Source: Bdellovibrionales bacterium
GTDB lineage: Bacteria; Bdellovibrionota; Bdellovibrionia; Bdellovibrionales; JAGQZY01
DNA length: 64,000 nucleotides
Reading direction: 5' to 3'
NCBI GenBank assembly: GCA_964230645.1
Contig: CAXRHT010000001.1
Coordinates: forward strand, 480,001 to 544,000
In this document: one piece after another, positions 1 to 10,010 of the stretch
Layout: every line of letters starts with the position of its first letter
How positions within the stretch are numbered: the stretch's first letter is position 1
Notes under the pieces: model-generated
Databases searched by the model: none
The model's input: only the letters and a program-made list of their open reading frames with translations
Told to the model about the DNA's origin: nothing
Translations under genes and position numbers: made by a program

Positions 1-1112
1 AGATCAGGTTTTAAAACATTGCCCTCTTCCAGAGCCCACTTTTTTTCTGGCGCTTTGGGTTTTGGTTTTATAAGTCCAAGAGATCTTCTTTTCTGCTCGG
101 GCATCTGAAAAATGGGAGTGATAAATCCCTCTCCTGCCAGAGCCTGCTTTTCATCTTGAGTGAAAAGGTGCTTTGGCGTTTCGCTCACCCAACTGACAAA
201 ATGACCTTCTTTTACTTCTATTTTCTTGCCCGAAAGATCTTGAGCTTTGATCACGTCCACTTTGTCTTTAAAACTTTCCACGCGTACTTTTAAACCCTCT
301 TCATCCATCAGGTATTTCACTTGGTGGTGACCACTTGAGGCTCTGGTGAGGATTTGACCAGCTAATAAATCAAAGGAGGCGCCCTCTTTCATGGTCACAC
401 GAAAATCACTGCCGCCATGAACTAGGTAAAGGAAAGGCTGGAAGCGACCAAGAATGGAGTGTGGATCATGAACGATCAGCTTTGATTTTTTAAAAAGGTC
501 GATTAGAACTTCACCCTCTTCAAAGGCAATCTTTAGTTTTATGGAGTTGGGTGTGGGATTGGTGAGTTCATCGCCCACAAAGAGCTTTTGTTTTTGGCTG
601 GGGTTAAAAGTTTTTCCGCGGTGAAAGATCTGGAGCTTTGAGCCGGCCTCTTTGATTTCCCCCACTACGAGATCGGAATACTCAGGGCCTGGGTCGCGGC
701 GAGATTCGTTTTCGACTTCGATACGCCCGACATTTTCGGGAAGCTTTCTTTGATGCTGTTGGGCTTGCTTTGAATTTTTCGAAGCAGGAGAACGCTTCGA
801 TCTTTTTGTTTGGCCTTTTTCTTTTTCGTAAACGAGTTCAAGATCTTTTTCCTCGGGAGCTTCGTCGGCACTTTTTTTACGCTTTGATAAACAGCCGAAA
901 TAAAAATTCACGTTCTCGCAAATCACTTTGCGGCAGACATTGATATCACCCCAATCACAGAACCTCACCGTCTTCCCTACTGTCACTTCTTTTTGACAGG
1001 GCCCACAGGTGACCTTCGGGCATGAACAATCCCCCTCTTGTGCCACGGCAATTTCAGGGGCGCTGTTAAGCGTGATAAAAATGAATAAAAAGGTAAATAT
1101 AAATGCTTTCAT
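1..1112 (-). CDS. Secreted protein with Cys-rich N-terminal module and possible FecR-like beta domain (runs off the left edge)
   Basis: Not in the ORF track. Hand translation from ATG 1112 gives MKAFIFTFLFIFITLNSAPEIAVAQEGDCSCPKVTCGPC..., open to base 1. Signal peptide, 8 Cys, KRSPAS motif. Confidence 0.75.
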   Translation of the reverse strand, partial: MKAFIFTFLFIFITLNSAPEIAVAQEGDCSCPKVTCGPCQKEVTVGKTVRFCDWGDINVCRKVICENVNFYFGCLSKRKKSADEAPEEKDLELVYEKEKGQTKRSKRSPASKNSKQAQQHQRKLPENVGRIEVENESRRDPGPEYSDLVVGEIKEAGSKLQIFHRGKTFNPSQKQKLFVGDELTNPTPNSIKLKIAFEEGEVLIDLFKKSKLIVHDPHSILGRFQPFLYLVHGGSDFRVTMKEGASFDLLAGQILTRASSGHHQVKYLMDEEGLKVRVESFKDKVDVIKAQDLSGKKIEVKEGHFVSWVSETPKHLFTQDEKQALAGEGFITPIFQMPEQKRRSLGLIKPKPKAPEKKWALEEGNVLKPD

Positions 1113-1475
1113 CGTCTTCTTTGACTTATCGGTTTTTCATCCTTGAAAATGAAGAGCCCTATTGGCTTTAAGACCCTTTACTTCTTTAATTTTTTCACAA
1201 TTCTCTGGGTTTTAAAAATTAAGATTCAATTATAATGACCAACGGCCCGAACTTCCGACTAAAAGGCTAGTTTTAAAGCGGGCCAAGGCTTTTAGGGCCT
1301 TCCTCATTTTTTTTTAAAAACGACACCTCATACTTTTTTTAGTTTTGTGTTTGCAAATAACCCATTGGAAAATCTCTTCTTCTGAAAGGTCTCAAAAGCA
1401 ATGCATCAAGGTTGGTTCTTGAAGGGTGACCTAAGTATGGGTAATCTAGAAAACTCGTTTAAAAGGAGGCCCACA

Positions 1476-2081
1476 GTGACCCGCAGCCTGTTGATATTAC
1501 TAGTAATTGCATTCAGCCAATCCAGCCTGGCTTTTTTTAGCCTTATGGACACTGGAGAATTGAAGAATGAAGGAGCCTACCGCGTTCAGGGTGAGGGTCA
1601 GATCCTTTTTGATAGTCCTGAAGGTTTTAATCTCAATGGCCGCTTTGCTACAGGAATAAATGAGGACTCAGAGATTCAGTTTGAAGCTGGTGTCGGCTCT
1701 ATCGACTACTACATGGGAGCTTTTTATAAATGGATCCCTTTTCCTGATACGGCAGACCAACCGGCCATTGGAGTCAGAGGAGGGCTTACTTTTGCTGATA
1801 TAAGTGGCCTTTCCACTTACGGGCTTAATATTACCCCACTTATTAGTAAACGCCTTGATTCCGATGCCGGCGCTTTTTCTCCTTATGGTGGTGTGCAAAT
1901 GGGACTTCAGAACAATGTGCACGACACCTATTTTTCACTGCAAGCCGTTGTGGGTGTGCAGTGGACTCCCAATGAGTGGGATTTTCGTCAACTCAAAGAC
2001 TTTAACTTCCTTGCCGAGTATGGCTTTGAAATCGACGATTCTTTCAACTATCTAAGTCTCGGTGTGGCCTACAACTTCTAA
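1476..2081 (+). CDS. Outer-membrane beta-barrel protein
   Basis: GTG 1476 follows AGGAGG (track start 1401). Signal peptide, amphipathic strands, C-terminal GVAYNF. Confidence 0.75.
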   Translation: MTRSLLILLVIAFSQSSLAFFSLMDTGELKNEGAYRVQGEGQILFDSPEGFNLNGRFATGINEDSEIQFEAGVGSIDYYMGAFYKWIPFPDTADQPAIGVRGGLTFADISGLSTYGLNITPLISKRLDSDAGAFSPYGGVQMGLQNNVHDTYFSLQAVVGVQWTPNEWDFRQLKDFNFLAEYGFEIDDSFNYLSLGVAYNF

Positions 2082-2102
2082 TCTTTTCTTAAAGGAGAGG
2101 AC

Positions 2103-2552
2103 ATGAACTTTTCCCTTTTATTAACGAGTCTTCTCCTGCCCGCTCAAGCCCTAGCACTGAGCCTTTCTTTTATTGGTCCTTGTGACAAGGAGCCTCTCTT
2201 TGAAACCTCTCAGGAACTTTCAAAAGAGGAGAACGTGGGAGTCATCACCACCCAAGTTTTAGAAAATAACGATATTGAATTTGTAGGCTCAGAACTGGGT
2301 CTCAACTCAGCCTTTGGAACCCCCATGGGCACTGAGGCCTACGAAATCATAAGTAAATCCGAGATGTATGCTTACGGTTGGTGTTATTCGGTCAATGGCT
2401 TTGAGCCGGCCCTTTACCCCAACGAGATAGCAGTAAAGCAAGATGATAAAATCCTCTGGTGGTTTGGTTACGCCCACTACAAAGAGGGCGAGTGGATTTC
2501 ACAGTGTGAGCCTTCTTATAAAAGAAAACCTGATTTTCTTTGCGCTCAATAA
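2103..2552 (+). CDS. Secreted DUF4430-like protein
   Basis: AAGGAG RBS, signal peptide, GWCYSVNG motif typical of DUF4430. Confidence 0.7.
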   Translation: MNFSLLLTSLLLPAQALALSLSFIGPCDKEPLFETSQELSKEENVGVITTQVLENNDIEFVGSELGLNSAFGTPMGTEAYEIISKSEMYAYGWCYSVNGFEPALYPNEIAVKQDDKILWWFGYAHYKEGEWISQCEPSYKRKPDFLCAQ

Positions 2553-2592
2553 AAAAAAGCCACTGGCTTTTTGCCAATGGCTTTTTTGTTTT
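2551..2592. terminator. Bidirectional intrinsic terminator
   Basis: A8-GCCACTGGC-loop-GCCAATGGC-T6 between convergent genes. Confidence 0.8.
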
Positions 2593-2615
2593 CTCTTGAG
2601 AATTACTTCCAAGAA

Positions 2616-4571
2616 TTAGTTGATGTCTTTAAAGTCCACGTCGATAGGATCGTCGCCGTCTTTTTTCTGATCATCGGATCCCGATTGCGTAGGCTCACCA
2701 CCGGCGTCGGCGGCTCCTTGCTGAGCTGAAGCTTGATCTCCACCTTGGTCGGCTGTTTGCTGAGAGTAAAGTTCAGAGCTTAGCGTTTGAGCCACGTTTT
2801 GCAGTCTTTCAAAGGCACCTTTAAGTTCATCGTTACTTGCCTCAGTGCCTTTCACAGAAACTTTTTTCGCTTCCTCGATAGCTTCATTGGCGGTTTTCAC
2901 AGACTCTTCCTGGAACTTGCCTTCGTTATCAGAGATCATTTTCTCTGTTTGATAAGTAAGGTTGTCCAAGTCGTTTCTTAGAGTCACTTGCTCACGCTTC
3001 ACTTTATCCGTGTCAGCGTTAGCTTCAGCTTCTTTCACCATGCGATCGATTTCATCTTCGCTGAGTCCTGACTGTGCCTTCACCTGAATGGCCTGCTCTT
3101 TTCCAGTGCCCAGGTCTTTGGCGGACACATTGAGAATTCCGTTGGCATCGATATCAAAAGTCACCTCGATTTGAGGAACTCCTCTCGGGGCTGGTGGGAT
3201 TCCCACAAGCTCGAAAGTTCCAAGGGACTTATTATCAGCGGCCATCTCACGCTCCCCTTGCATCACATGCACCTGCACGCTGCTTTGGTTGTCAGCGGCG
3301 GTCGAGAACACCTGAGATTTTTTCACTGGAATGGTCGTGTTTCTATCGATCAATTTAGTCATGACTCCACCGAGAGTTTCAAGACCAAGAGAAAGAGGCG
3401 TTACATCTAAAAGAAGAACGTCTTTTACATCTCCGGCTAAAACGCCCCCTTGAATCGCAGCCCCTAGGGCCACAACTTCGTCCGGGTTTACCGAGCGGTT
3501 AGGAGTTTTTCCAAAAAAGTCGGTCACCGCTTTTTGGATAGCAGGGATTCTTGTCGACCCACCAACAAGAACCACCTCGTCGATGTCTTTCACTGACCAA
3601 CCGGCATCCTTAAGTGCTTTTTCACAAGGCTCAAGAGAGCGCTTCACAAGGGCTGCTGTGAGTTGATCAAATTTCGCACGAGTTAATTTCACGTTTAAGT
3701 GTTTGGGTCCTGATTGATCGGCTGTGATAAAAGGAAGGTTCACTTCCGTTTCTTGAGTGGAGCTGAGTTCAATCTTTCCTTTCTCAGCCGCTTCTTTTAA
3801 GCGTTGCACAGCCATCTTGTCGTTACGAAGATCAATGCCTTGATCTTTTTTGAACTCTTCCACAAGCCAGTCAAAAATCAACTCGTCAAAGTTGTCACCA
3901 CCAAGGTGAGTGTCACCGTTTGTAGCTTTCACTTCTACAACGTTATCGCCCACTTCTAGAACGGAGATATCAAAAGTTCCTCCTCCTAAATCGTAGACAG
4001 CAATTTTTTGATCTTCTGTCTTATCAAATCCGTAAGCTAGAGCCGCGGCTGTTGGCTCGTTAATAATACGTTGAACATTAAGACCCGCGATTTTACCGGC
4101 ATCTTTTGTGGCCTGTCTTTGAGCATCGTTAAAGTAGGCAGGCACTGTCACGACAGCGTCGGTGACTTGTTGACCGAGATAGTCTTCGGCGACTTTTTTA
4201 AGTTTTCCTAAAACAGCAGCTCCCATCTCTTCAGGGGACATTGTTTTTTCTTCTCCGTCGACTTTCACAGAGAATCCACAATCGTTGTTGCCTTTTTTCA
4301 CCACTTTATAGGGCACACGCTTGATCTCTTCTTGCACCTCTTCAAAACGTCGACCGATAAATCTTTTGGCCGAGTAGATGGTGTTCTCAGGATTTGTAAC
4401 AGCTTGGCGCTTGGCCACTTGCCCCACGAGTTTTTCTCCATCTTTGAAAGCAATAATCGAGGGAGTTGTGCGGTTTCCTTCTTCATTCACGATAACCTTG
4501 GCGTCTCCACCTTCCATCACCGCGACACAAGAGTTGGTGGTTCCCAAGTCAATTCCTATTACTTTTCCCAT
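2616..4571 (-). CDS. dnaK: Chaperone DnaK (Hsp70)
   Basis: [25 protein letters not shown] motifs; AAGGAG RBS. Confidence 0.99.
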   Translation of the reverse strand: MGKVIGIDLGTTNSCVAVMEGGDAKVIVNEEGNRTTPSIIAFKDGEKLVGQVAKRQAVTNPENTIYSAKRFIGRRFEEVQEEIKRVPYKVVKKGNNDCGFSVKVDGEEKTMSPEEMGAAVLGKLKKVAEDYLGQQVTDAVVTVPAYFNDAQRQATKDAGKIAGLNVQRIINEPTAAALAYGFDKTEDQKIAVYDLGGGTFDISVLEVGDNVVEVKATNGDTHLGGDNFDELIFDWLVEEFKKDQGIDLRNDKMAVQRLKEAAEKGKIELSSTQETEVNLPFITADQSGPKHLNVKLTRAKFDQLTAALVKRSLEPCEKALKDAGWSVKDIDEVVLVGGSTRIPAIQKAVTDFFGKTPNRSVNPDEVVALGAAIQGGVLAGDVKDVLLLDVTPLSLGLETLGGVMTKLIDRNTTIPVKKSQVFSTAADNQSSVQVHVMQGEREMAADNKSLGTFELVGIPPAPRGVPQIEVTFDIDANGILNVSAKDLGTGKEQAIQVKAQSGLSEDEIDRMVKEAEANADTDKVKREQVTLRNDLDNLTYQTEKMISDNEGKFQEESVKTANEAIEEAKKVSVKGTEASNDELKGAFERLQNVAQTLSSELYSQQTADQGGDQASAQQGAADAGGEPTQSGSDDQKKDGDDPIDVDFKDIN

Positions 4572-4624
4572 TGATACTTCTCCTTAAATCATGTCCAACG
4601 GATACCTAAGATCCTTATACTTTT

Positions 4625-4654
4625 AATTTGAGTTTTGTTATTAAACTGTCAAGG
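4625..4654 (-). promoter_or_regulatory. Putative sigma32-like promoter of dnaK
   Basis: CCTTGAC-N15-CTCAAATT; same spacing as the dnaJ and clpS sites. Confidence 0.65.
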
Positions 4655-4687
4655 TGAACCCTTAAAAAGGCACCTAAGTTACTAAAA

Positions 4688-5800
4688 TTAGCTGAATATC
4701 CCTTTCTTTTCGTTCACTTTTTCGCCACGAACATCAGCCAATTCGCGCAGGATTTTCTCTTCTTGTTTTTTAAGCTTCTTGGGGAACTCCACCTCAAGTC
4801 TTAAGCAAATGTCTCCTCTTTGCCCGGTGCGAATATCGGGAACACCCAATTGTCTCATTCTGAGGATACTTCCGGGCTGCGAGCCCTCAGGGATGGTGAG
4901 TTGTTTTTTGCCATCAAAGGTGTCCACTTGCACCTCGGTACCAAGAAGCATTTGAAGATAGGAAATTTTCACACTGCTTAATAGATCATTTCCTTGGCGA
5001 TCAAACTTATGATGACGACGCACTCTAATTTCCACATAAAGATCACCAGAAGGACCATTTCTTAAGCCCCCCTCACCTTCTCCGGCCACACGCAAGCGCG
5101 TACCATTGTCGACACCACTTGGAATCGTCACTGTGATTTTTTTCGTCACACGTTTGCGACCTTTTCCGCGGCATTCTTTACAAGGATTTTTGATGACCTG
5201 CCCAGCTCCACGACAGGCAGGACAAGTTGTCGCCACAGAGAAAAATCCCTGCTGATTGACCACCTGGCCTTGACCACCACAAGTCTGACAAGTGCTTGTT
5301 TCAGAACCAGGCTCTGAGCCTTTACCGCTACAGCGATTGCAGCTCTCATCGGTGTCGAATTCTAAATTTTTATCAATCCCTTTGATGACTTCATCAAGTT
5401 CCACCTCGAGCATATAGCGAAGGTCGGCTCCTCTTTGAGGGCCGGTGCGAGAACGTCTTCGACCGCCAGGGCCGCCCATACCACCCATTCCGAAGAAATC
5501 ACTGAAGATGTCTCCGAAGCTTGAGAAAATATCGTCGACATTTTCAAAACCTTGGCCACCGAAACCGCCGCCACCATTTTTAAAGGCGGCATGGCCGAAT
5601 TGATCGTATTTTGCTTTTTTATCGGAATCGCCGAGAACTCCGTAGGCTTCCGCTGCTTCCTTAAATTTATCTTCTGCGGCTTGGTCCCCAGGGTTCTTGT
5701 CGGGGTGGTATTGCATGGCCATTTTTCGGTAGGCCTTTTTGATTTCACCTTGTGACGCTGATCTGGAAACACCTAAAACTTCGTAATAATCTCGACTCAT
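4688..5800 (-). CDS. dnaJ: Chaperone DnaJ
   Basis: J-domain HPD, G/F-rich linker, four CxxCxGxG repeats. Confidence 0.99.
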   Translation of the reverse strand: MSRDYYEVLGVSRSASQGEIKKAYRKMAMQYHPDKNPGDQAAEDKFKEAAEAYGVLGDSDKKAKYDQFGHAAFKNGGGGFGGQGFENVDDIFSSFGDIFSDFFGMGGMGGPGGRRRSRTGPQRGADLRYMLEVELDEVIKGIDKNLEFDTDESCNRCSGKGSEPGSETSTCQTCGGQGQVVNQQGFFSVATTCPACRGAGQVIKNPCKECRGKGRKRVTKKITVTIPSGVDNGTRLRVAGEGEGGLRNGPSGDLYVEIRVRRHHKFDRQGNDLLSSVKISYLQMLLGTEVQVDTFDGKKQLTIPEGSQPGSILRMRQLGVPDIRTGQRGDICLRLEVEFPKKLKKQEEKILRELADVRGEKVNEKKGIFS

Positions 5801-5824
5801 TGACTAAAAACCTCGCACATCCCC

Positions 5825-5854
5825 AAGATGAGGCTCCAGGCCCAATCGTCAAGG
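5825..5854 (-). promoter_or_regulatory. Putative sigma32-like promoter of dnaJ
   Basis: CCTTGAC-N15-CTCATCTT. Confidence 0.65.
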
Positions 5855-5936
5855 TAAGGATTCAATACTTTTTTTAAATCACTGAAATAAGTGTGTTTTT
5901 TTTTAAAAGTATTTCACTGCCGGTGGTTTGCTCAGA

Positions 5937-6133
5937 GTCCTATTAAGAATTGTTCAAAGTCATCTGGAGCATTATTCAAAGTCATCCTGAGAATTGTTCA
6001 GAGTCATCCTGAGCGAAGCGAAGGATCTTAGGTCTTTCGCTTCGCTCAAGACGACATGTTTTCTCTCAAGACGACAGCCTTCGCTCAGAACGACATATTT
6101 TTGCTTTAGACGACTGGTTTCTATGAAGACGAC
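5937..6133. repeat. GTC-tagged REP doublet with flanking tandem terminal echoes (locus A)
   Basis: GTCATCCTGAGCGAAGCGAAGGATCT 6003-6028 and inverted partner 6030-6055; 22-bp echoes on the left, 19-20-bp echoes on the right. Confidence 0.85.
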
Positions 6134-6257
6134 TGATTTTCGATAAAGAAAAGGGCTGAAGATAATAACTGCGACAATTCTAAGCAGAACAGCACTCGGC
6201 TTAAGAGACGAAGGGAAAGATCCTTGAGTGTTCTATTTTTAAGCAGAAGTGCCGCGA

Positions 6258-6983
6258 CTACTGCGATTGATAACTCTCCATAAGAGTTTCGTTCACTCGA
6301 TTGAGCTGATTTTTAATTCTGTCTCTATACATCCCGGTGCGATCTCGCTGTAAGACCGTTTCAAGAATTGTTTTGGCAAACTCTGCTCGCCCCAATTTCG
6401 TCAAAAGTTTCGCCGATAGAGAAAAAACCCATCTCGGAGCTCCTCTTTTCCCAGCTCTTACTAGTAGAGCCGAAGCGGATTCAGCATTCTGCAGCTCGAA
6501 GAGTTCGTGATAGGCCGTTCGGTAGAGAAGCTTCCAATCCTCTGGATAATACTCAAGCCCTTTATTGAGAATTTTAGCAGCCCCAGCACGGTCATCCACC
6601 AAAACACTCAGCATCACTCCCCCATCAAGATAAACGGCTTTAAAATCAGGGCTCAAATCAGAGATCACATCAAGCATTTGAAAAACCCAACCTTCATCAC
6701 AAGTAGACTGTGGCAACTCCCTAGTGAGAACATCATTGACTGGATCCATACCTTCTCTGGGGCTCGGGTATTTACTTCGGTCTTTGTTTTGATCACAAAT
6801 ATGAAAGTCTTGCACCACTCTCACCCACATTAGGCTCGATAAAAAATCGTTGTAGCCAAATGTGAAGGAAGTCATTTTTTTTGATGGTGGAATAAAAATA
6901 TCGGGAACTTTTCGCTCTTTTCTAAACTGAAAATGAAACTGAATGAGAACAAAAACCACAAGGGTGAGTAATATCGCTTTCAT
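6258..6983 (-). CDS. Membrane-anchored TPR-like protein, resembling the deltaproteobacterial PilG/XapA pilus accessory family
   Basis: N-terminal TM; FGYNDFLSSLMWVRVVQ and LDVISDLSPDFKAVY segments; TPR-like helices. Family recognised from memory. Confidence 0.6.
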   Translation of the reverse strand: MKAILLTLVVFVLIQFHFQFRKERKVPDIFIPPSKKMTSFTFGYNDFLSSLMWVRVVQDFHICDQNKDRSKYPSPREGMDPVNDVLTRELPQSTCDEGWVFQMLDVISDLSPDFKAVYLDGGVMLSVLVDDRAGAAKILNKGLEYYPEDWKLLYRTAYHELFELQNAESASALLVRAGKRGAPRWVFSLSAKLLTKLGRAEFAKTILETVLQRDRTGMYRDRIKNQLNRVNETLMESYQSQ

Positions 6984-7042
6984 AAAAACTCCCGACTAAA
7001 AGAATAGCCGGTTTGTACACAAAATCAAGACAAGGGCTGTGG

Positions 7043-7072
7043 CCTTGACAAGCTTTCTTTTGAACTCATGTT
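7043..7072 (+). promoter_or_regulatory. Putative sigma32-like promoter of clpS-clpA
   Basis: CCTTGAC-N15-CTCATGTT. Confidence 0.6.
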
Positions 7073-7162
7073 TAAATGGTAAGACGGGACAACCTGTCAT
7101 TGCGAGTATGGCTCGGACTACATAGAATTAAGACTGGACCATTGTCGATAGAGAGGAGTTCC

Positions 7163-7531
7163 ATGAAGGACGCGTGTTATAATAAAATGATGAGTCGGAA
7201 GTTTATTGTATCAATGGGAGACGACGAAGAGCTGGATGAGAATCTCGACACCGGGGTGATCGATAAAGCTAAAATTCAAGAACCCTCTTTTTACAAAGTC
7301 ATTTTACTCAACGACGATTTCACACCGATGGATTTTGTCACACACGTTCTACAGAAGTTTTTTAACAAGAGCCCAGAGGAGGCCAAACAAGTCATGCTCG
7401 ATGTCCACCAAAAAGGTCAGGGCGTGGCCGGTGTTTTTAGTTTTGAAGTGGCTGAAACAAAAGTGTTTCTCACTAATAATTTAGCCAAGCAAAACAAGTA
7501 TCCTCTGAAGTGTACCATGGAAAAGGATTAA
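7163..7531 (+). CDS. clpS: Clp protease adaptor ClpS
   Basis: YKVILLNDDFTPMDFV, VH..GQGVAG, YPLKC motifs. Start uncertain (7163 has an AGGAG; 7190 and 7214 are alternatives). Confidence 0.95.
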   Translation: MKDACYNKMMSRKFIVSMGDDEELDENLDTGVIDKAKIQEPSFYKVILLNDDFTPMDFVTHVLQKFFNKSPEEAKQVMLDVHQKGQGVAGVFSFEVAETKVFLTNNLAKQNKYPLKCTMEKD

Positions 7532-7532
7532 T

Positions 7533-9797
7533 ATGCTCAATCAAGAAGTGGAAGTTGCCCTGAATCAGTCGATTCATTTGGCCCAGAAAAAAAATAACGA
7601 GTTGGTCTCATTGGAGCATCTTCTGCACTCCTTGTTGACCTTACCCCCCATCATTCAACTCTGTGACGAACTTGATATCGATCACCAAAAACTACAAAAA
7701 GAACTCAACAGTTTTATCGATCAAAACTCCCCACAACTGACACAACAAAGTCAGGTGCAAAAGCCAGAGTTTACGATCGCTGTTCATCGTGTTTTACAAA
7801 GAGCGGTGATCCAGGTGCAAAACTCTGGAAAATCCATTGTTTTTCCAGAGCATATCTTAATTTCAATTCTTGAAGAAAAAGAGTCCCACGCACGTTACTT
7901 CTTTTTAAAGACAGGTATTGAAACTCACGATGTGGTTAATCTTATTGCCCACGGTCGACTCAATCAAAGCAATCAACAAAACCAAGTGGTGGCGAGTTCG
8001 GAAACTCAAAACTCCGGTAAACAAATTCTCAATCAGTTCACTACAAACCTTAATGAAAAAGCCAAGCAGGGAAAAATCGACCCCATCATTGGACGCATGG
8101 ATGTGATCGAGAGAATGGTTCAAGTTCTATCTCGCAGAACAAAAAACAATCCCCTTCTTGTGGGTGAGCCTGGCGTCGGGAAAACGGCCTTGGCTGACGG
8201 CTTGGCATTGAAGATTGTTAATAAAGAGGTTCCAAAGCAACTTGAAAATGCGGTGATCTACTCTCTTGATTTAGGCTCTCTTATTGCGGGCTCTAAATAC
8301 CGTGGAGATTTTGAACAGCGCTTAAAGAAAGTACTCACCGATCTCAACGCACAAAAACACGCGATCTTATTTATCGATGAGATTCACACCATTATGGGTG
8401 CTGGTGCCACCGGTGGAGGCAGCCTTGATGCTTCCAACCTTTTAAAACCTGTGCTCGCTAATGGTGAACTTAGCTGTATCGGTTCAACCACTTATAAAGA
8501 GTTCCGGCAACATCTTGAAAAAGACCGCGCTTTTGCAAGACGTTTTCAGAAAATCGATGTCAACGAGCCCTCTAAAGAAGAGTGTTACGATATTTTGAAT
8601 GGTCTTAAAAAACAGTACGAGGATTTTCATAACGTTACTTTCACAGAAGACATTTTAAAGTCAGCCGTTGATCTTTCTGAAAAATATATTTTTGATAAAC
8701 ATCTCCCAGATAAGGCTATCGATATTATCGATGAGGTCGGAGCAAAAATTAATCTACATAGAGACACGGAAGAGGCCATCGCAGTCACAAAAGACCAATT
8801 GGAGAGTGTCGTGGCTCAGATGGGTCAGGTGCCCTCGCACACTGTTTCTTCATCGGACATCGATAAACTTAAAAATCTTGAGCTTCGCCTAAAATCTCTG
8901 ATCTTTGGACAGGACCCTGCGATCGCGGGTCTGGTATCGGCGATTAAAATGAACCGTGTGGGTCTTGGGCGCGAGCGAAAACCTGTGGGCTCTTTTCTAT
9001 TTGCCGGTCCTACGGGCGTGGGTAAAACGGAGGTGGCCAAGCAGCTCTCTAATCACTTAGGCAACAAATTTGTTCGCTTTGATATGAGTGAGTATATGGA
9101 AAAGCATGCTGTGGCTCGCTTGATCGGTGCACCTCCCGGATACGTAGGCTTTGAAGAAGGCGGACTCCTAACAGAAGAAATCGCAAAGAACCCCTACTGT
9201 GTACTACTTTTTGACGAGATCGAAAAAGCGCACCCGGATCTTTTGAATATCCTGTTACAGGTTTTTGATAACGGAAAACTCACTGATCCTCATGGAAAAA
9301 CAGCGGACTTTACTAATGCCACAATTATTATGACCACAAACTGTGGTGCTAGAGATGCCGCTAAAGGTTCCATTGGAATCAATCCCGGAGATCCTGCGAA
9401 AATCTCTGATGAGGCTATCAAAAGACATTTTTCCCCAGAGTTTTTAAACCGTCTCGATCAGATTGTGCACTTCTCACCTCTGAACCAAGTGATCTGCACA
9501 AGAGTGCTAGATAAGTTTATTATGGAGCTTGGTGAGCAACTCAAACAAAAAGATGTTGAGATCGAAGTGGATGAGAAGGCTAGAGAGTGGTTGATCGATA
9601 AAGGCTTTGATGCCGTTTACGGTGCCAGACCTCTTGCCCGCGTGATCAATGAGCATATCAAAAAGGATCTCTCTGAAGAAATCCTATTTGGAAAACTCAG
9701 CGAAGGCGGCACAGCCAAGGTCAGCGTGAAGAAAGGAGAAATCAGTATTGATTACTCCAAATCCACCCAGAAAACACCTTCCAAAGTGAAAGTCTAA
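7533..9797 (+). CDS. clpA: ATP-dependent Clp protease ATPase ClpA
   Basis: Two AAA+ modules ([16 protein letters not shown]), IGI loop, directly follows clpS. Confidence 0.97.
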   Translation: MLNQEVEVALNQSIHLAQKKNNELVSLEHLLHSLLTLPPIIQLCDELDIDHQKLQKELNSFIDQNSPQLTQQSQVQKPEFTIAVHRVLQRAVIQVQNSGKSIVFPEHILISILEEKESHARYFFLKTGIETHDVVNLIAHGRLNQSNQQNQVVASSETQNSGKQILNQFTTNLNEKAKQGKIDPIIGRMDVIERMVQVLSRRTKNNPLLVGEPGVGKTALADGLALKIVNKEVPKQLENAVIYSLDLGSLIAGSKYRGDFEQRLKKVLTDLNAQKHAILFIDEIHTIMGAGATGGGSLDASNLLKPVLANGELSCIGSTTYKEFRQHLEKDRAFARRFQKIDVNEPSKEECYDILNGLKKQYEDFHNVTFTEDILKSAVDLSEKYIFDKHLPDKAIDIIDEVGAKINLHRDTEEAIAVTKDQLESVVAQMGQVPSHTVSSSDIDKLKNLELRLKSLIFGQDPAIAGLVSAIKMNRVGLGRERKPVGSFLFAGPTGVGKTEVAKQLSNHLGNKFVRFDMSEYMEKHAVARLIGAPPGYVGFEEGGLLTEEIAKNPYCVLLFDEIEKAHPDLLNILLQVFDNGKLTDPHGKTADFTNATIIMTTNCGARDAAKGSIGINPGDPAKISDEAIKRHFSPEFLNRLDQIVHFSPLNQVICTRVLDKFIMELGEQLKQKDVEIEVDEKAREWLIDKGFDAVYGARPLARVINEHIKKDLSEEILFGKLSEGGTAKVSVKKGEISIDYSKSTQKTPSKVKV

Positions 9798-9803
9798 AAA
9801 ATT

Positions 9804-9841
9804 AGAAACCCAAATCACTGAAATTTGGGTTTTCCTTTTTT
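9804..9841 (+). terminator. Intrinsic terminator of clpSA
   Basis: AAACCCAAAT-loop-ATTTGGGTTT followed by a T-rich tail. Confidence 0.65.
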
Positions 9842-9976
9842 GTCATTCTGAGCGTAGCGAAGAATCTATCGCCACTGTCATTGCGTTACCTATCCGAGTG
9901 CTCGGTAATAGGTCCTTCGCTACGCTCAGAACGACAGACGCTATCTCTGAACGACAATTATTAGGCTCTGGACGTC
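9842..9976. repeat. GTC-tagged REP doublet with two right-hand echoes (locus B)
   Basis: GTCATTCTGAGCGTAGCGAAGAATCT 9842-9867, inverted partner 9910-9935, echoes ending at 9955 and 9976. Confidence 0.8.
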
Positions 9977-10010
9977 AATGAGTGGGAATGGCCAAGTTTT
10001 AGTTTCACTT

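Noticed and set aside
665..871. 68-aa ORF in the track
   Set aside because: It is an alternative frame inside the longer 1..1112 minus-strand gene.
6189..6234. CIRCE/HrcA operator upstream of dnaJ
   Set aside because: An AGCACTC half-site is present, but the GAGTG partner is 28 nt away rather than 9.
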